This document shows positions 47,495 through 60,787 of a stretch of DNA of 64,000 nucleotides, piece after piece. Within the stretch, counting starts at the first letter, position 1. The number at the start of each line of letters is the position of its first letter. Position numbers and translations under genes: made by a program. The stretch spans positions 4,278,001-4,342,000 of the forward strand of contig NC_090363.1 of the NCBI RefSeq assembly GCF_035084215.1. Direction: 5' to 3'. Under the pieces are notes generated by a model. That model was not told the DNA's origin, did not search any database, and saw only the letters and a program-made list of their open reading frames with translations. This DNA is from Heptranchias perlo (Eukaryota).

Positions 47495-49700
47495 ACATAG
47501 GAACATAGGAACAGGATTAGGCCATTCAGCCCCTCGTGCCTGCTCCGCCATTTGATAAGATCATGGCTGATCTGCGATCTAACTCCATATATCTGCCTTT
47601 GACCCATATCCCTTTATACCTTTGGTTGCCAAAAAGCTATCTATCTCAGATTTAAATTTAGCAATTGAGCTAGTATCAATTGCCGTTTGCGGAAGAGAGT
47701 TCCAAACTTCTACCACCCTGTGTGTCTAGAATCTTAGCAGCTGATTCACTTTTTTCCCATTCAAACATTACATTGAACTCGATCATGTTATGATCGCTAT
47801 TGGATAGATGTTCACGCACAGTTAAGCCGTTAACTAAATCTGGTTCATTACTCATTACTAAATCTAGTATGGCTTGCCCCCTTGTTGCCTCTCGGACATA
47901 CTGCTGTAGAAAACTATCCCGGACACACTCAAGAAATTCACTACCTTTCTGACAGTTGCTAGTCTGCTTTTCCCAATCTATGTGAAGGTTAAAGTCCCCC
48001 ATTAAGACCACTATGCCTTTGTTACACGCTTGTCTAATCTCTGCATTTGTACAATCTAGCACTTCAGAGCTGCTGCCAGGGGTCCTACACACAACTCCCA
48101 CTATAGTCTTAGATCCTTTCCTATTTCTCAATTCAACCCATAAGGTCTCTGTTGGCTGCTTACCTCTCGTTATATCCTCCTTTATCATTGAAGTGATTTC
48201 ATCTCTAATCACTAAAGCTACTCCTCCCCCTCTTCCATTTTCCCTGTCTCTCCTGTAGACCTTATAACCCGGTATATTTAGTTCCCAATCATGACCACCC
48301 TGCAGCCATGTCTCCATAATAGCTATCATGTCATACCCTCCAATTTGAATTTGAACCTGTAGTTCATTTAATTTATTCCTTATACTCCGTGCATTTGTAT
48401 ATAGAACTCTTAGTTGGGCCACACACCCTAGCCTGACCTTCAGCTTTGATGCTGGGTTAATCGCCTTACGCCTTCTAGTTTTCACTTTATCTGTAGTGCC
48501 TAAAGTACACTTTCTTTCTGCTGCTCTACGCTTTTCCCTTTCACTTAATCTTGAACAACTGTTTGTACTATTTGTATTGTAGATTTCCCCTGGGTCTTCC
48601 CCTCTCTTGCTGCTCTTATCTTTACTCTCTTCTGACTCCCCGCTCAGGTTCCCATCCCCCTGCCATTCTAGTTTAAACCTTCCCCAACAGCACTAGCAAA
48701 CACCCCCGCGAGGACATTGGTCCCGGTCCTGCTCGGGTGTAACCCGTCACGCTTGTACAGGTCCCACCTTCCCCAGAACCGGTCCCAATGTCCCAGGAAT
48801 CTAAATCCCTCCCTCCTACACCATCCCTGCAGCCACGCATTCATCTGGTCTATTCTCCTGTTCCTATACTCACTAGCATGTGGCACCGGTAGTAATCCTG
48901 AGATCACTACCTTTGAAGTCCTGCTTTTTAATTTATCTCCTAACTCCTTAAATTCACCTTGCAGGACCTCATCCCTTTTTTTACCTATGTCGTTGGTACC
49001 AATATGGACCACGACTACTGTCTGTTCACTCTCCTCCTCCAGAATGTCCTACAGCCGCTCCGTGACATCCTTGACCCTAGCTCCAGGGAGGCAACATACC
49101 ATCCTGGAGTCACGTTTGCGGCCGCAGAAACGCCTATCTGTTCCCCTTACAATTGAATCCCCTATCACTATAGCCCTGCCACTCTTCTTCCTCCCCTCCT
49201 GTGCAGCAGAGCCACCCGTGGTACCACAAACTTGGCTCTTGCTGCTTTCCCCGATAAGCCATCTCCCCCAACAGTATCCAAAGCGGTATATCTGTTTGAG
49301 AGGGAGATGGCCCCAGGGGACTCCTGCTCTACCTGCCTAGTCCTTTTACTCTGCCTGGCGGTCACCCATTTCCTTTCTGCCTGTGTAATCTTTACCTGCG
49401 GTGTGACCACCTCACTGAACGTGCTATCCACGATAGTCTCAGCATCACGGATGCTCCACAGTGAATCCACCCACAGCTCCAACTCCGAAATGCGGTTAGC
49501 CAGTAGCTGCAGCTGGACACACTTCCTGCACACATGGTCGCCAGGGACACTGGTAGTGTCCATGACTTCCCACATAGTGCAGGAGGAGCATATCACGGGT
49601 GCGAGCTGTGCTGCCATGACTTGCCTCAGACTCTCAGACTCTCCACCCGCTCTCGGTGTCTCCTTTTATACTGTGCTCACCTCTCGGACTCTCCTGCCTC
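47495..49700 (-). mobile_element. CR1-clade LINE 5' half (ORF1 zinc finger/esterase plus endonuclease) joined to a CR1 3' tail
   Basis: CSSC...CRKC (49617-49168), HIGTND...DGLHP (49012-48668), YTNARS/ETWL/GDFN/SDHN (48485-47730); RT absent; 3' tail with (TATGTTCC) repeats near 47495. Confidence 0.9.
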
Positions 49701-52700
49701 ACCTGTGACGTTGCACAGTAGTTTTCTCTTGTTGCAGGTCTGCTGCTGCCTTTATTCCCCACTTTCAGTCTTCTGCTGCTCAGGTTCACTGCCACCGCTG
49801 CTCAGATTGCGAGAGATGGAGACGTATGATCCATCAAGTGATGCTCTGAAGGAGCAGGCTGCAGAGGAGGAGGTAAAAACTCGTGGACACAAACAATAAA
49901 CAGATGATCTGGTCATTATCACTTTGCTGTTTGTGGGATCTTGCTGTGCGCAGATTGGCTGCCGCGTTTCCTACATTACAACAGTGACTACACTTCAAAA
50001 AAGTACTTCATTGGCTGTAAAGCACTTTGGGACGTCCTGAGGTCGTGAAAGGCGCTATATAAATGCAACTTCCTTCTTACTTCCCCAGAAAATCCGTTTA
50101 CTGTGGGAACATTCATAGCTCGACCTAGGTTGTTTCAGTGATGGTACAATCCAGGCACGTCCACTCCATAATGGGCATCACATATTACCGTAACCACCCC
50201 CCCACCCACAAACCCATGCCTTGCATAGAATCATAGAATGGGTACAGCACAGTAGGAGGCCATTCGGACCATCGAGCCCGTGCCGGCTCTTTGTTAGAGC
50301 AATCCAGTTAGTCCCACTCCCCCGTTCTTGCAGTCCCTCACCCCTGGAACCATTCTAGTAAATCTTTTCTGCACCCTCTCTAAGGCCTTGACATCCTTCC
50401 TAAAGTGCGATGTGCAGAATTGGACACAATACTCCAATTATGGCCGAACCAGTGTTTTATAAATGTACAGTACTGCACATTCTTACAATATAACAGAGAC
50501 GACACCTCAAATAGTACTTCATCGGCTGTGAGACGCTTTGGGACATCCTGAGGTCATGAAAGGCGCTATAGAAATGCAAGTTCTTTTCATTTATTTTACA
50601 CGGCCCGCATGAGTCGGTGACGCCGTGAAACAATTACGCCGTGACCATTGCGTCAGGGCCATTCCACGCACTCGTGCTTCTCCTCTGCCGCTGGCCCGTC
50701 GAGAGGCCGGAAGTTTAAGAGAGCGTCCGTCAGAGGCCGCTCTCTCCCGACTCGACGTGTGGCGCGGAAGGCCTGGAAGACTGGAACGGGACATCTGGAT
50801 CAGGTAGCTGTGGTTTTCAAAAAAAAAACCCCAGGATGGCCTAATTTGGGTCTAAGTGGACTTCCTCATTCTGTGTGACCGTAGGATATTTTAGGGACTT
50901 TTGTAAATGAAATCTGGAAACTAAAAGTAGGACTAGCTTAAAGGGATGACATTCTTTTCTTGAACCGACTTTGTTGGTTAGTCGGAGCATAACCTCATGC
51001 TACTTTAATCAGAGTGACAAGGAGATTGCTATCAACAAACATGAAGGGGTTTTGATAGAGGAAATAATTAGAAACTACTTCCATTGGCCAGAGAGCCGGT
51101 AACCATTAGAACTCCAAACAAGGCCAAGCTTCCTTCCATTGTTTGCTGTTTGTTTTGTCAGCGCTAACATTAAATTCAAACTCATTTTGCAAAATAACCA
51201 GATGCGGAGAAATATTTTTACGCAGCGAGTCGTTCTGATCTGGAACGCGCTGCCTGAAAGGGCGGTGGAAGCAGATTCAATAATAACTTTCAAAAGGGGA
51301 ATTGGACATATACTTAAAAAGGAAAAAAAACATTGCAGGACTCTGGGGAAAGTTGGGGGGGGGGGTGGGTGGAGAGGGACTAATTGGATAACTCATTCAA
51401 AGAGCCGGCACAGGCAAGATGGGCCGAATGGCCTCCTTCTGTGCTGTGCGATTCTATGAAATTGCCCATTTGCAAACAAAATGGGATTTTTAAATAAAAA
51501 GGGCTTTGCAAACATTTTTTTTTCTCTCCATGAAGACAGTGCCCCTTTAACACCTGTCGCTGGGAGTCAGTCAGGCAGAAGTGAAACTCCAGACAGAGGG
51601 TGTGCAGAAGGAAGGGGCCCAAGGCACAGCGAGTGGTTGAAAGGCAGACTGGTGAAGCCAATGGAACCCTGAACGAGGCAGCGGATGAGGGCTGAGAGGG
51701 GGTGGGTCTAAAACAACAGCAGTCTCGTTAATCCTTCCCTAAGGTCAGGGCAGTGGGTACAATGACGCAGGAAGGTGATATCTCACAGAATGATAAGGGG
51801 CTGCTTTCAGTTGCGTTGAGGCTCATTGAAGGCACTGATCAGTTCCATCTCAGGGCTGTGGAGGGGGGGGAGGAATGGGAGAGGAGGCATCCCCGTTATA
51901 TGGGACAGGCTGGGATGGACCAGCGAGTCTTCTCCTGTCAGTCGTCGTTCGTTTGTTGGTATGTCTCAGGGTGTGGGGACGTGATGGTTGAGAGGTGTGC
52001 AGCACTGTTTTATCAGCATGTACAACAGAACCAACAGTGCGATTTGCATTGGCGTGCACTCCCGTAAAAGCCATGTGAGCAAAATGTACATGTGCCCGCA
52101 CAAGTAAAAACACAATCAGAAGCAAAAGAAAACAGTTCCAGGATCAAAACATTTCGTGACATGTATTTAATGCACATTTGCACTTAAAACCGATTTAAAT
52201 ACATTTCAACATCAGGAGAATTATTTTAAGCCCAACATTAGGTCTTTCAACGAACATCATGTTTTAACGTAAAACATATTGGTTTTGTACACCACCACGA
52301 ACAATTATTGTTAAACATTACAGTATTTGAAATATCTCGAAAATAAAACCCATTTTGTCCGGATGCTACAGTACAGAAAGAGGCCATTCGGCCCATCGTG
52401 CATGTGCCAGCTCTTTGAAAGTCAATCGGCCAGTCTGTAGGGCGTGTGTTGGACAACGGTGGGCCCTGTGCATTGTGGGAAATGGGCTTTCTCCATAGCA
52501 ACCACTCCCCGGTCGGCGCAGGAGAAGAGCCATCCCACAATGCACCAGGTGCCCCGCTACGAGGCCAATGTGAATAAAACAGCAAGTTCGATATGGGCGA
52601 ATTGCCGTAAGAAGTACTTACAAGGAACGCCAGGAGAAAAGCAGCTGAACGGGAACCAACAAATAAATAATACATCAAATCATTCCGGTCAAGAATAATT

Positions 52701-53239
52701 TAAGCACATCATTACATTAAATAGTACCTTGAGGCATAGGACGTTGCCAGGGTGAACTGGCCAATAGGCTAACCAGTCTGAATATCAGGCCCTATACCAA
52801 TTAGCTTTCTGATTGGTCTCTCCCTGAGTCGGACCAGTTTAAATAACGTCTGTCATAAATTAAATTGATGATCGGGTTTTCGCTTAAACGAGAACCATCT
52901 GCTTTTTCAGAGCGGGATTGTGATGTAAGTGCCAGTTAACATACAGCAGCAGAGAGCAGAGACGTCCGTCCCACTGGTCTGGGCTGATTCAATCAAACTC
53001 AGGTGTCAGAGGTGAACCGACAGTGTTGGATCCCACTGTGCCATTCAGTGCCCGCCCCCATCCCACACACTCCGATCCATGCATTTCACACGTTCAATAT
53101 CTCTGCAGCCTACAGAAGGCTGTTTGCTGTAAGAGTGTGGGTGCATTCAGTACCGTCACAGCATGTTACCCAGTCTGCTACCACAGAGGCCTTAATCTGT
53201 TCACTTTAAGCCGGTTGACGCTACTTTAAAAGATCAGAA

Positions 53240-53570
53240 AGGACTTGCATTTATATAGCGCCTTTCACAACCTCAGGAAGCCCCAAAGCGCTTTACAGCC
53301 AATGAAGTACTTTTTGAAGTGTAGTCACTGTTGTGATGTAGGGAAATGCGGCAGCCAATTTGCGCACAGCAAGATCCCACAAACAGCAATGCAATAATGA
53401 CCAGATAGTCTATTTTTGGTGATGTTGGTTGAGGGATAAATATTGGCCAGGGGGAGAACTCCCCTGCTCTTCTTTGAAATAGTGGCTGTGGGATCTTCTA
53501 CATCCACCCGAGAGAGCAGACAGGGGCCTCGGTTTAACGTCTCATCCGAAAGACGGCACCTCCGACAGTG
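53240..53570 (-). mobile_element. SacSINE1-like SINE in the 3' region of paralog 4
   Basis: Same family motifs. Confidence 0.82.
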
Positions 53571-53806
53571 CTTTAAGGTAGTGCACAGAGGAATATCACG
53601 CACTTTCATGCACAAGTATCACAAACAGAAATTTCTGGGCTTGACAGCCTTTGAATAACTAGACAGGGCTAAGATGGCGACAAATAATCTTTGTCCAATT
53701 AGTGCCAGATAGGACCATGTGTCCTGAACAGTTTCTGCTGTCTTTCAATTTGAAAATCTCAATCAGTCATCGTCGTTCACCATTCGCTAGAAGTAACTTG
53801 GGCTCC

Positions 53807-56800
53807 TCACAAAGCGAATATTCCAAAGAAGCTCTTTCCCTCGGCAGTGTCGACGTATCCCACCGCCTCCTCGCTGACCCTGGAGAAGATCCGATCTCCC
53901 TCCTCGAACTCAAATATGGCCCCCTGGTAGGAGGTCTTGTACCAGGGCTCTCCGTGTTTGCCGTAGTGACAGGTGGACTTGGTGGCTTTCAGTAGCAAGG
54001 ATTCCTCCGGGTAGCTCGCCGATAACTTGGAGAGTTCGTGGCTGAGAAAGATGGACTGGCCCTGGCAGCCCATTCTGAAGAAGACCACCTGGGTGTAGAC
54101 AAAGTACAGACCGGGGGTCTTAATGACGAGTCTGTTGTCTTTGAACTCCACGCCCTCAGATAAGGTGGAGTCCGCCTCGTTCTGCCAAATCACATTCTTT
54201 CCTTTCAAGCTCTTTGATGCTGAGGGGAGAAAGAGAGAGAGAGAGAGAGAGAGCAAAGTCAGAATGGAGTACGTTACAGGATTTACAAATGTTCTTCCTG
54301 CCACAACATTATCTCAAAGGATGTCCTGCCACTTTTCGCCTATTTTATATCAGGTTCTCTTTTGTGGCGATTTTGACATTTTTTTCCAGTCCTTATTGCA
54401 CAAAGGCAAGAATTTCCCGTTTCCAACACAAGCTATTTTGTGTCTTCTCAGAACGAGACTGCCAGATTGTGCTCAGCGATGAGCAGTTTTGTGCCGCTAG
54501 CAATTGGTTTAAGACGACCCCAAACCACATTTCACATAGGTTCCTTAAAGGCAACGGAGGAAAGAAAGAAGGGAATTGCATTTATATAGCGCCTTTCCTG
54601 ACCTCAGGACGTCCCAAAGATCTTCACAACCAACAAAGTGCTTTTGAAGCGTAGTCACTGGTGTAATGTGGGAGACACGGCAGCCAATTTGCACACAGCA
54701 AGATCCCACAAAACAGCAGTGAGATAAATGACCAGATAATCTGGTTTTTAGTGATGTTGGTTAAGGGATAAATAATGACCCAGGACACCTGGGGAGAACT
54801 CCTCAGCTCTTCTTCGAAATGGTGGCCGTGGGATCTTTCACGTCCACCCGAGAGGGCAGGTGAGGCCTCAGTTTAATGTCTCAACCGAAAGACGGCACCT
54901 CCGACAGTGCAGCACTCCCTCAGCACTGCACTGAAAGGAGAAAGGTTACTTTCACCCCAGCAGACCTGGCTGATCAGTGTCCAACACACCGAACACTACC
55001 CCATACACCCAGACTATTCAATAGTATTTTCCCAATGCTAGCCTTCCTTTCAGTAAAACCTGATCCATGTGTCATCTGTGGCCAATGTAATAGTGCAGAT
55101 GGGAAAACAGTTTGGAGACTGACGGGTAGATTTTCCAGTTCCTGCTTAAGGGCCCATTGGGTTCACCTGGACGCAGAAATTACAGGAACCAAAAGCACAG
55201 AACCATAGAGGTTCACAGCACAGGCGGAGACCATTTGGCTCATCATTTCTGTGTCGGCTCTTTGCTGGAGCAAACCAAAGCTAGTCTCACTTCCCCACTC
55301 TCACCCCATAGCTTCTGCATCAAATCCATTTTTCGATTAAGAGATGCAATGGTCTCCATTGTATGCAGTAAAGGATTCCAATGGCCCTCTGAGTACTGAC
55401 GTTCTTTGAACCTCTCTCCCCGCTCCCTCGGTGTTCACTTTAAACGGATGATCCCTCGTTTCCGACTTGCCAAGGAGAGGAAATACTCTTTCCTATTTCA
55501 CCCCATCGAAACCCTTCATAAGTTAATGCTCTCCGACCTCCACAACTCGGAGCTGACTTGTTCAGGGATGGTGCTCCCTCTGATATGGCCCTCCCTCCCT
55601 ATGCAGAGGAGATTGGCCTCAACATGGCATCTGCCCCAAGGTGACAAGACTGAGATAGGGAACTCAACCTACAGTTAGGGTTACTGTACACTATGTGACA
55701 AGCTAATGTTAGCTATGAGAAAAATCTTCCTTATTTTCCTTTCATCTGATGAGGGCTTAAATTCAAATATTGTCAGTTGAAATGTGCACATATTAGCCAG
55801 CAAACTGAATCCTCCATTGATAATTCTTGAAAAGCCCATTATATCAAGAGTAGTCTCGTACCTGTCAGGTGAGCTGCGATTTTCCTCCTCGGGTCATTTT
55901 CCACCTGATTCATGAAATGAGGCAGACCTGGAACAGAAAAGTCACTATTGAGATACCCATGTTCAGAAAACTAACTGAGAATGAGAAAGAGAGAGAGAGA
56001 GATAGTGAGACAGAAAGAGACAGAAAATTGGAGAGATGGATAGAGAGATAGACAGAGAGAAAGAAAGAGAGAGAGAGAAAGAAAGAGAGAGCGGTAGAGA
56101 GATCGAGAAAGATAAAGAAAGGGAGAGACAGAGAGATGGAAAGATTGATAGAAAGAGATGGAGAGAGAAAGAGTGAAAGAAAGATCGAGCGAGACAGAGA
56201 AAGAGGGAGAGATAGAGATTGATAAAGAGAGATTCATAGAGAGATAAAGAGAGAGACTGATAGAAAGAGAGTGAGAGAGAGAGATTGATAGAGAGATAAA
56301 GAGATTGACTGATAGAGAGAGAGCGAGAGAGAGATTGATAGAAAGAGAGAGCTAAAGAAAGAGATAAAGAGAGAGAATGATAGAGAGAGAGAGAAAGAGA
56401 GAGATTGATAGAGAGAGAGATAAAGAGGGAGATTGATAGAGAGAGAGATAAAGAGAGAGATTGATAGAGAGAGAGATAATGAGAGAGATTGATAGAGAGA
56501 TTGATAGAGAGAGAGATTGATAGAGAGAGAAATTGATAGAGATTGATAGAGAGAGAGATTGATGGAGAGAGAGAGATTGATAGAGAGGGAGATTGATAGA
56601 TTGATAGAGATTGATGGAGAGAGAGATTGATGGAGAGAGAGATAGATGGAGAGAGCACTCACCACTGGTAACAGGGATGGTTGTCGCAGGTGAATGAGTT
56701 CTCAGATCCTGTATTTGGGCATTCCCAGAGTTCAGTGTTACTTTCTGTAGAAATAAATCAAGGAACGAGATTAACATGTGAAATTCACCCCAAATCTCCA

Positions 56801-57184
56801 TGAAACACATGACCATCTGTACAAAGGTTCAACCCAGATCGACAGGCAACTTATCTGTATCATACAGAGAAACTGTGCATTCAGACTCTGACTGATTCTC
56901 AGATCTAGATTGAAACCAGATAAAGAATTTCTCAGAGAACGGACTGCTATGAACTAACTCGCTCGGTGAAAGCTGAAAAATATCAAGCTCTAAAGCAAGC
57001 CACACACCTGGTTGGAAGGTAGAACTCCAAGTTGACAGAGTATCAGATACGAAGACACAATCAGCAAGCCCAGAACAGCCGTTGCACAGAGAGCCTGCCA
57101 GAAACAGTTGCTCTTCTCCTCTGTCTTCCTGACTACCAGCACTCCTCCATTCTCAAGGTCCAGCAACTTCTGCTCATTGCTCAT
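53807..57184 (-). CDS. TNF/lymphotoxin-like ligand, paralog 4 (4 coding exons, 245 aa)
   Basis: Minus-strand exons 57184-57008, 56744-56663, 55927-55862, 54219-53807, GT-AG, 738 nt in frame. Same exon lengths (177/82/66/413) as paralog 3 and a nearly identical THD. Confidence 0.95.
54572..54932 (-). mobile_element. SacSINE1-like SINE in intron 3 of paralog 4
   Basis: Same family motifs. Confidence 0.82.
55983..56655. repeat. (GAGATTGATAGA)n repeat in intron 2 of paralog 4
   Basis: Reverse complement of the paralog 3 intron-2 repeat type. Confidence 0.9.
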
Positions 57185-57272
57185 GGTCTCAGGTGTCAGT
57201 CGGAGCTCCGCTAGTACCAGTCGTGTCTTGGTTACCGATTGTCTCGCTCTCAGCTATGAGTGGGTCTCTCTC

Positions 57273-57390
57273 TGTACATACCAGGTCACTCTGGAAGAAC
57301 CCATGAGTAGGCGTCAGACAGTCGGAATAGGAAACACCAGTCTAGCATTTGGAAAGTGTCAGGTTCCCCCAGCACACACAGGAAGTGAAA
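57273..57390 (-). promoter_or_regulatory. Paralog 4 promoter: kB-like site, degenerate TATA, Ets-IRF composite motif
   Basis: Minus-strand GGGTTCTTCC (57293-57302) and TATGTACA (57273-57280) occupy positions equivalent to those of paralog 3. GGAAGTGAAA at 57381-57390 (+) matches GGAAnnGAAA. Confidence 0.4.
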
Positions 57391-58384
57391 ACTCGCCCTC
57401 AGATCCCACAATGAATTTACAAGGTCCCCAAAAAATCTGCCACCTTGTCGCTTTTTGACGACACAAGCATTACAGGCTCTGTGATTAACGAAACACTGAC
57501 ACTTTGTAAACTCTCTGCTCACAGTTCATATGTGGGTGGGAGTGGGTGGGGGGTGCTGGAGGCAGTGTGCAACAACGGCAGAAAACAGGTGACAGGTCGA
57601 TGCATGAGTGAGTTTGAATGACCTAATTGTGCGCCAAGCTAGCTGGAAGACTTTGAGCAGGTTCGTCAAATGGCCGCTGGTATATCGGCCCACTTGTACA
57701 ATGATCACTCTCGCCCGTGACACCAGCAACTGTGGCAGACTCGGGGATTGATGCATTAATTCTGTCCGAGCGAGGAGGGAGACAGCTCAGACTGCAGCGC
57801 TTGCAGGAGAGGGCTAATTGGGGTCAGGCTACAAGAAGCTCTCAACGGTGGCCTCTGGACCAGCTTTGGACAACAGGTGAAGGCATCAATGATGAAATTC
57901 CCACCTTATGTTGAGCCCTGAGTCAACAACAACAGCAACTTGCATTTATATAGCGCCTTTAACGTTGTAAAACGTCCCAAGGCACTTCACAGGAGTGTTA
58001 TTGAAACAAAATTTGACACCGAGCCACATAAGGAGATATTAGGACAGGCGACCAAAAGCTTGGTCAAAGAAGTAGGTTTTAAGGTGCGTCTTAAAGGAGG
58101 AGAGTGAGGCGGATGGAATTTCAGAGCTTAGGGCCCAGGCAGCTGAAGGCACAGCCTCCAATGGTGGGGCGAAGGAAATCAGGGATGCGCAAGAGGCCAG
58201 AATTGGAGGAGTGCAGAGATCTCGGAGGATTGTAGGGCTGGAGGAGGTTTGAGATAGAGGGAGGGGCTACTCCAGTACTGGAGATAGAGGTGCCTGCTAA
58301 AATTTGCAAACATTCAAGTTTTGTTCACTGATTTGGAATTTTGAAAGTTAGGAAAGGATTTGATGTGGTAACTTTGGGGAAGAT

Positions 58385-59010
58385 TTTTTTTTATTCGTTC
58401 ATGGGATGTGGGCGTCGCTGGTGAGGCCGGCATTTATCGCCCATCCCTAATTGCCCTTGAGAAGGTGTTGGTGAGCCGCCTTCTTGAACCGCTGCAGTCC
58501 GTGTGGTGAAGGTTCTCCCACAGTGCTGTTAGGAAGGGAGTTCCAGGATTTTGACCCAGCGACGATGAAGGAACGGCGATATATTTCCAAGTCGGGATGG
58601 TGTGTGACTTCGAGGGGAACATGCAGGTGATGTTCCCATGTGCCTGCTGCTCTTGTCCTTCTAGGTGGTAGAGGTCGCGGGTTTGGGAGGTGCTGTCGAA
58701 GAAACCTTGGCGAGTTGCTGCGGTGCATCCTGTGGATGGTACACACTGCAGCCACAGTGCGCCGGTGGTGAAGGGAGCGAATGTTCAGGGTGGTGGATGG
58801 GGTGTCAATCAAGTGGGCTGCTTTGTCCTGGATGGTGTCGAGCTTCTTGAGTGTTGTTGGAGCTGCACTCATCCAGGCAAGTGAAGAGTATTCCATCACA
58901 CTCCTGACTTGTGCCTTGTAGATGGTGGAAAGGCTTTGGGGAGTCAGGAGGTGAGTCACTCGCCGCAGAATACCCAGCCTCTGACCTGCTCTTGTAGCCA
59001 CAGTATTTAT
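58385..59010 (-). mobile_element. 3' fragment of the same LINE family as 23910-25047
   Basis: Near-identical translation (ATRAGQRLGILRRVTH...HLLKGN) and A-rich tail. A shorter copy lies at about 13615-13825. Confidence 0.9.
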
Positions 59011-59530
59011 ATGAGGCAGGCAGTGATATGTGGACTGGAGAGCTTTTGCACAAAAGGTGTGGACAAAGCAACAGTTAGATACCCGGAAGTACCTCCTTTC
59101 TTGCAGGGTTGTTACTCACTGGTAAACATAGTTATCAAAGGATGTGGTCAGTGTGGGTATGCAACAATCCTTTAAAAATATGACATTTTCCTAAAGGAGG
59201 GGGGAAATCAGGGGATTGTGGGTTAGTTACATTTACCTAGTGATGTGTCATGGGTAAGTATTTTTCTCCTGGATCTAGATCATTGACTGATGGAGACGGG
59301 GATGAATTTCCCAGAGTTTGTACCAAACTTAGAGATATAACAGGACCTGTCATCTAACACAGAGACAACCCCTGACCTATGGCCCCGAAGTGAGACATAC
59401 CCTGACCTGTGACCCCTTAGAGCGATATCCCCTGACCTGTGACCCCATTGAGAGACATACCCGGGTCTGTGACCTCACACAGAGACATCCTTTGCCCTGA
59501 CACCTAAAAAAGAGACATCCTCTGACCTGT

Positions 59531-60650
59531 CAGATTCTCAATCTACTGATCCCCTCTCTCCAATTCTCAATCTACTGACCCCCTCTCTCAGATTCCCAAT
59601 CTACCGATCCCCTCTCTCCAATTCCCAATCTACTGATCCCCTCTCTCAGATTCCCAATCTACGGATCCCCTCTCTCCAATTCCCAATCTACTGATCCCCT
59701 CTCTCAGATTCCCAATCTACCGATCCCCTCTCTCAGCTTCCCAATCTACCGATCCCCTCTCTCCAATTCCCAATCTACTGATCACCTCTCTCCAATTCCC
59801 AATCGACTGATCCGCTCTCTCCAATTCCCAATCTACCGATCCCCTCTCTCCAATTCCCAATCTACTGATTCCCTCTCTCAGATTCCCAATCTACTGATCC
59901 CCTCTCTCCAATTCCCAATCTACCGATCCCCTCGCTCCAATTCCCAATCTACTGATCCCCTCTCTCAGATTCCGAATCTACTGATCCCCTCTCTCCAATT
60001 CCCAATCTACTGATCCCTTCTCTCCGATTCCGAATCTACTGATCCCTCTCTCCAATTCCCAATCTACTGATCCCTTCTCTCCGATTCCCGATCTACTGAT
60101 CCCCTCTCTCAGATTCCCAATCTACTGATCCCCTCTCTCCGATTCCCAATCTACTGATCCCCTCTCTCAGATTCCCAATCTACTGATTCCCTCTCTCCAA
60201 TTCCCAATCTACCGATCCCCTCTCTCCAATTCCCAATCTACTGATCCCCTCTCTCCAATTCCCAATCTACTGATTCCCTCTCTCAGATTCCCAATCTACC
60301 GACCCCCTCTCTCGGATTCCCAATCCACTGAACCCCTCTCTCCAATTCCCAATCTACTGATCCCCTCTCTCAGATTCCCAATCCACTGATCCCCTCTCTC
60401 CAATTCCCAATCTACTGATCCCCTCTCTCCAATTCCCAATCTACTGATTCCCTCTCTCAGATTCCCAATCTACCGACCCCCTCTCTCAGATTCCCAATCC
60501 ACTGAACCCCTCTCTCCAATTCCCAATCGACTGATTCCCTCTCTCAGATTCCCAATCCACTGATCCCCTCTCTCCAATTCCCAATCTACTGATTCCCTCT
60601 CTCCAATTCCCAATCTACTGATCCCTTCTTTCCGATTCCCGATCTTCTGA
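59531..60650. repeat. Same 29-bp minisatellite, inverted (about 38 units), downstream of paralog 5
   Basis: Unit CAATTCCCAATCTACTGATCCCCTCTCTC, the reverse complement of the array at 45903-46190. Confidence 0.93.
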
Positions 60651-60781
60651 ACCTCTATCTGAATTTCAGTCTGTAAACTCGGCAAATTCCATCCCAGATC
60701 TGGAAACATTTCCCATGAAAACCAGTTAATGCAATCCAAGGTGCAATAATCAGAAAGAAACATTTCATGCTGTTAAAATAT

Positions 60782-60787
60782 TTTATT
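60782..60787 (-). terminator. Candidate poly(A) signal of paralog 5
   Basis: TTTATT on + (AATAAA on -), homologous to 45766-45771. Confidence 0.55.

Noticed and set aside
49738-49872. Exon-like segment (ttgcag acceptor, 135-nt open frame, gtaaaa donor)
   Set aside because: No recognisable protein, adjacent to a LINE 5' end, and no partner exons.
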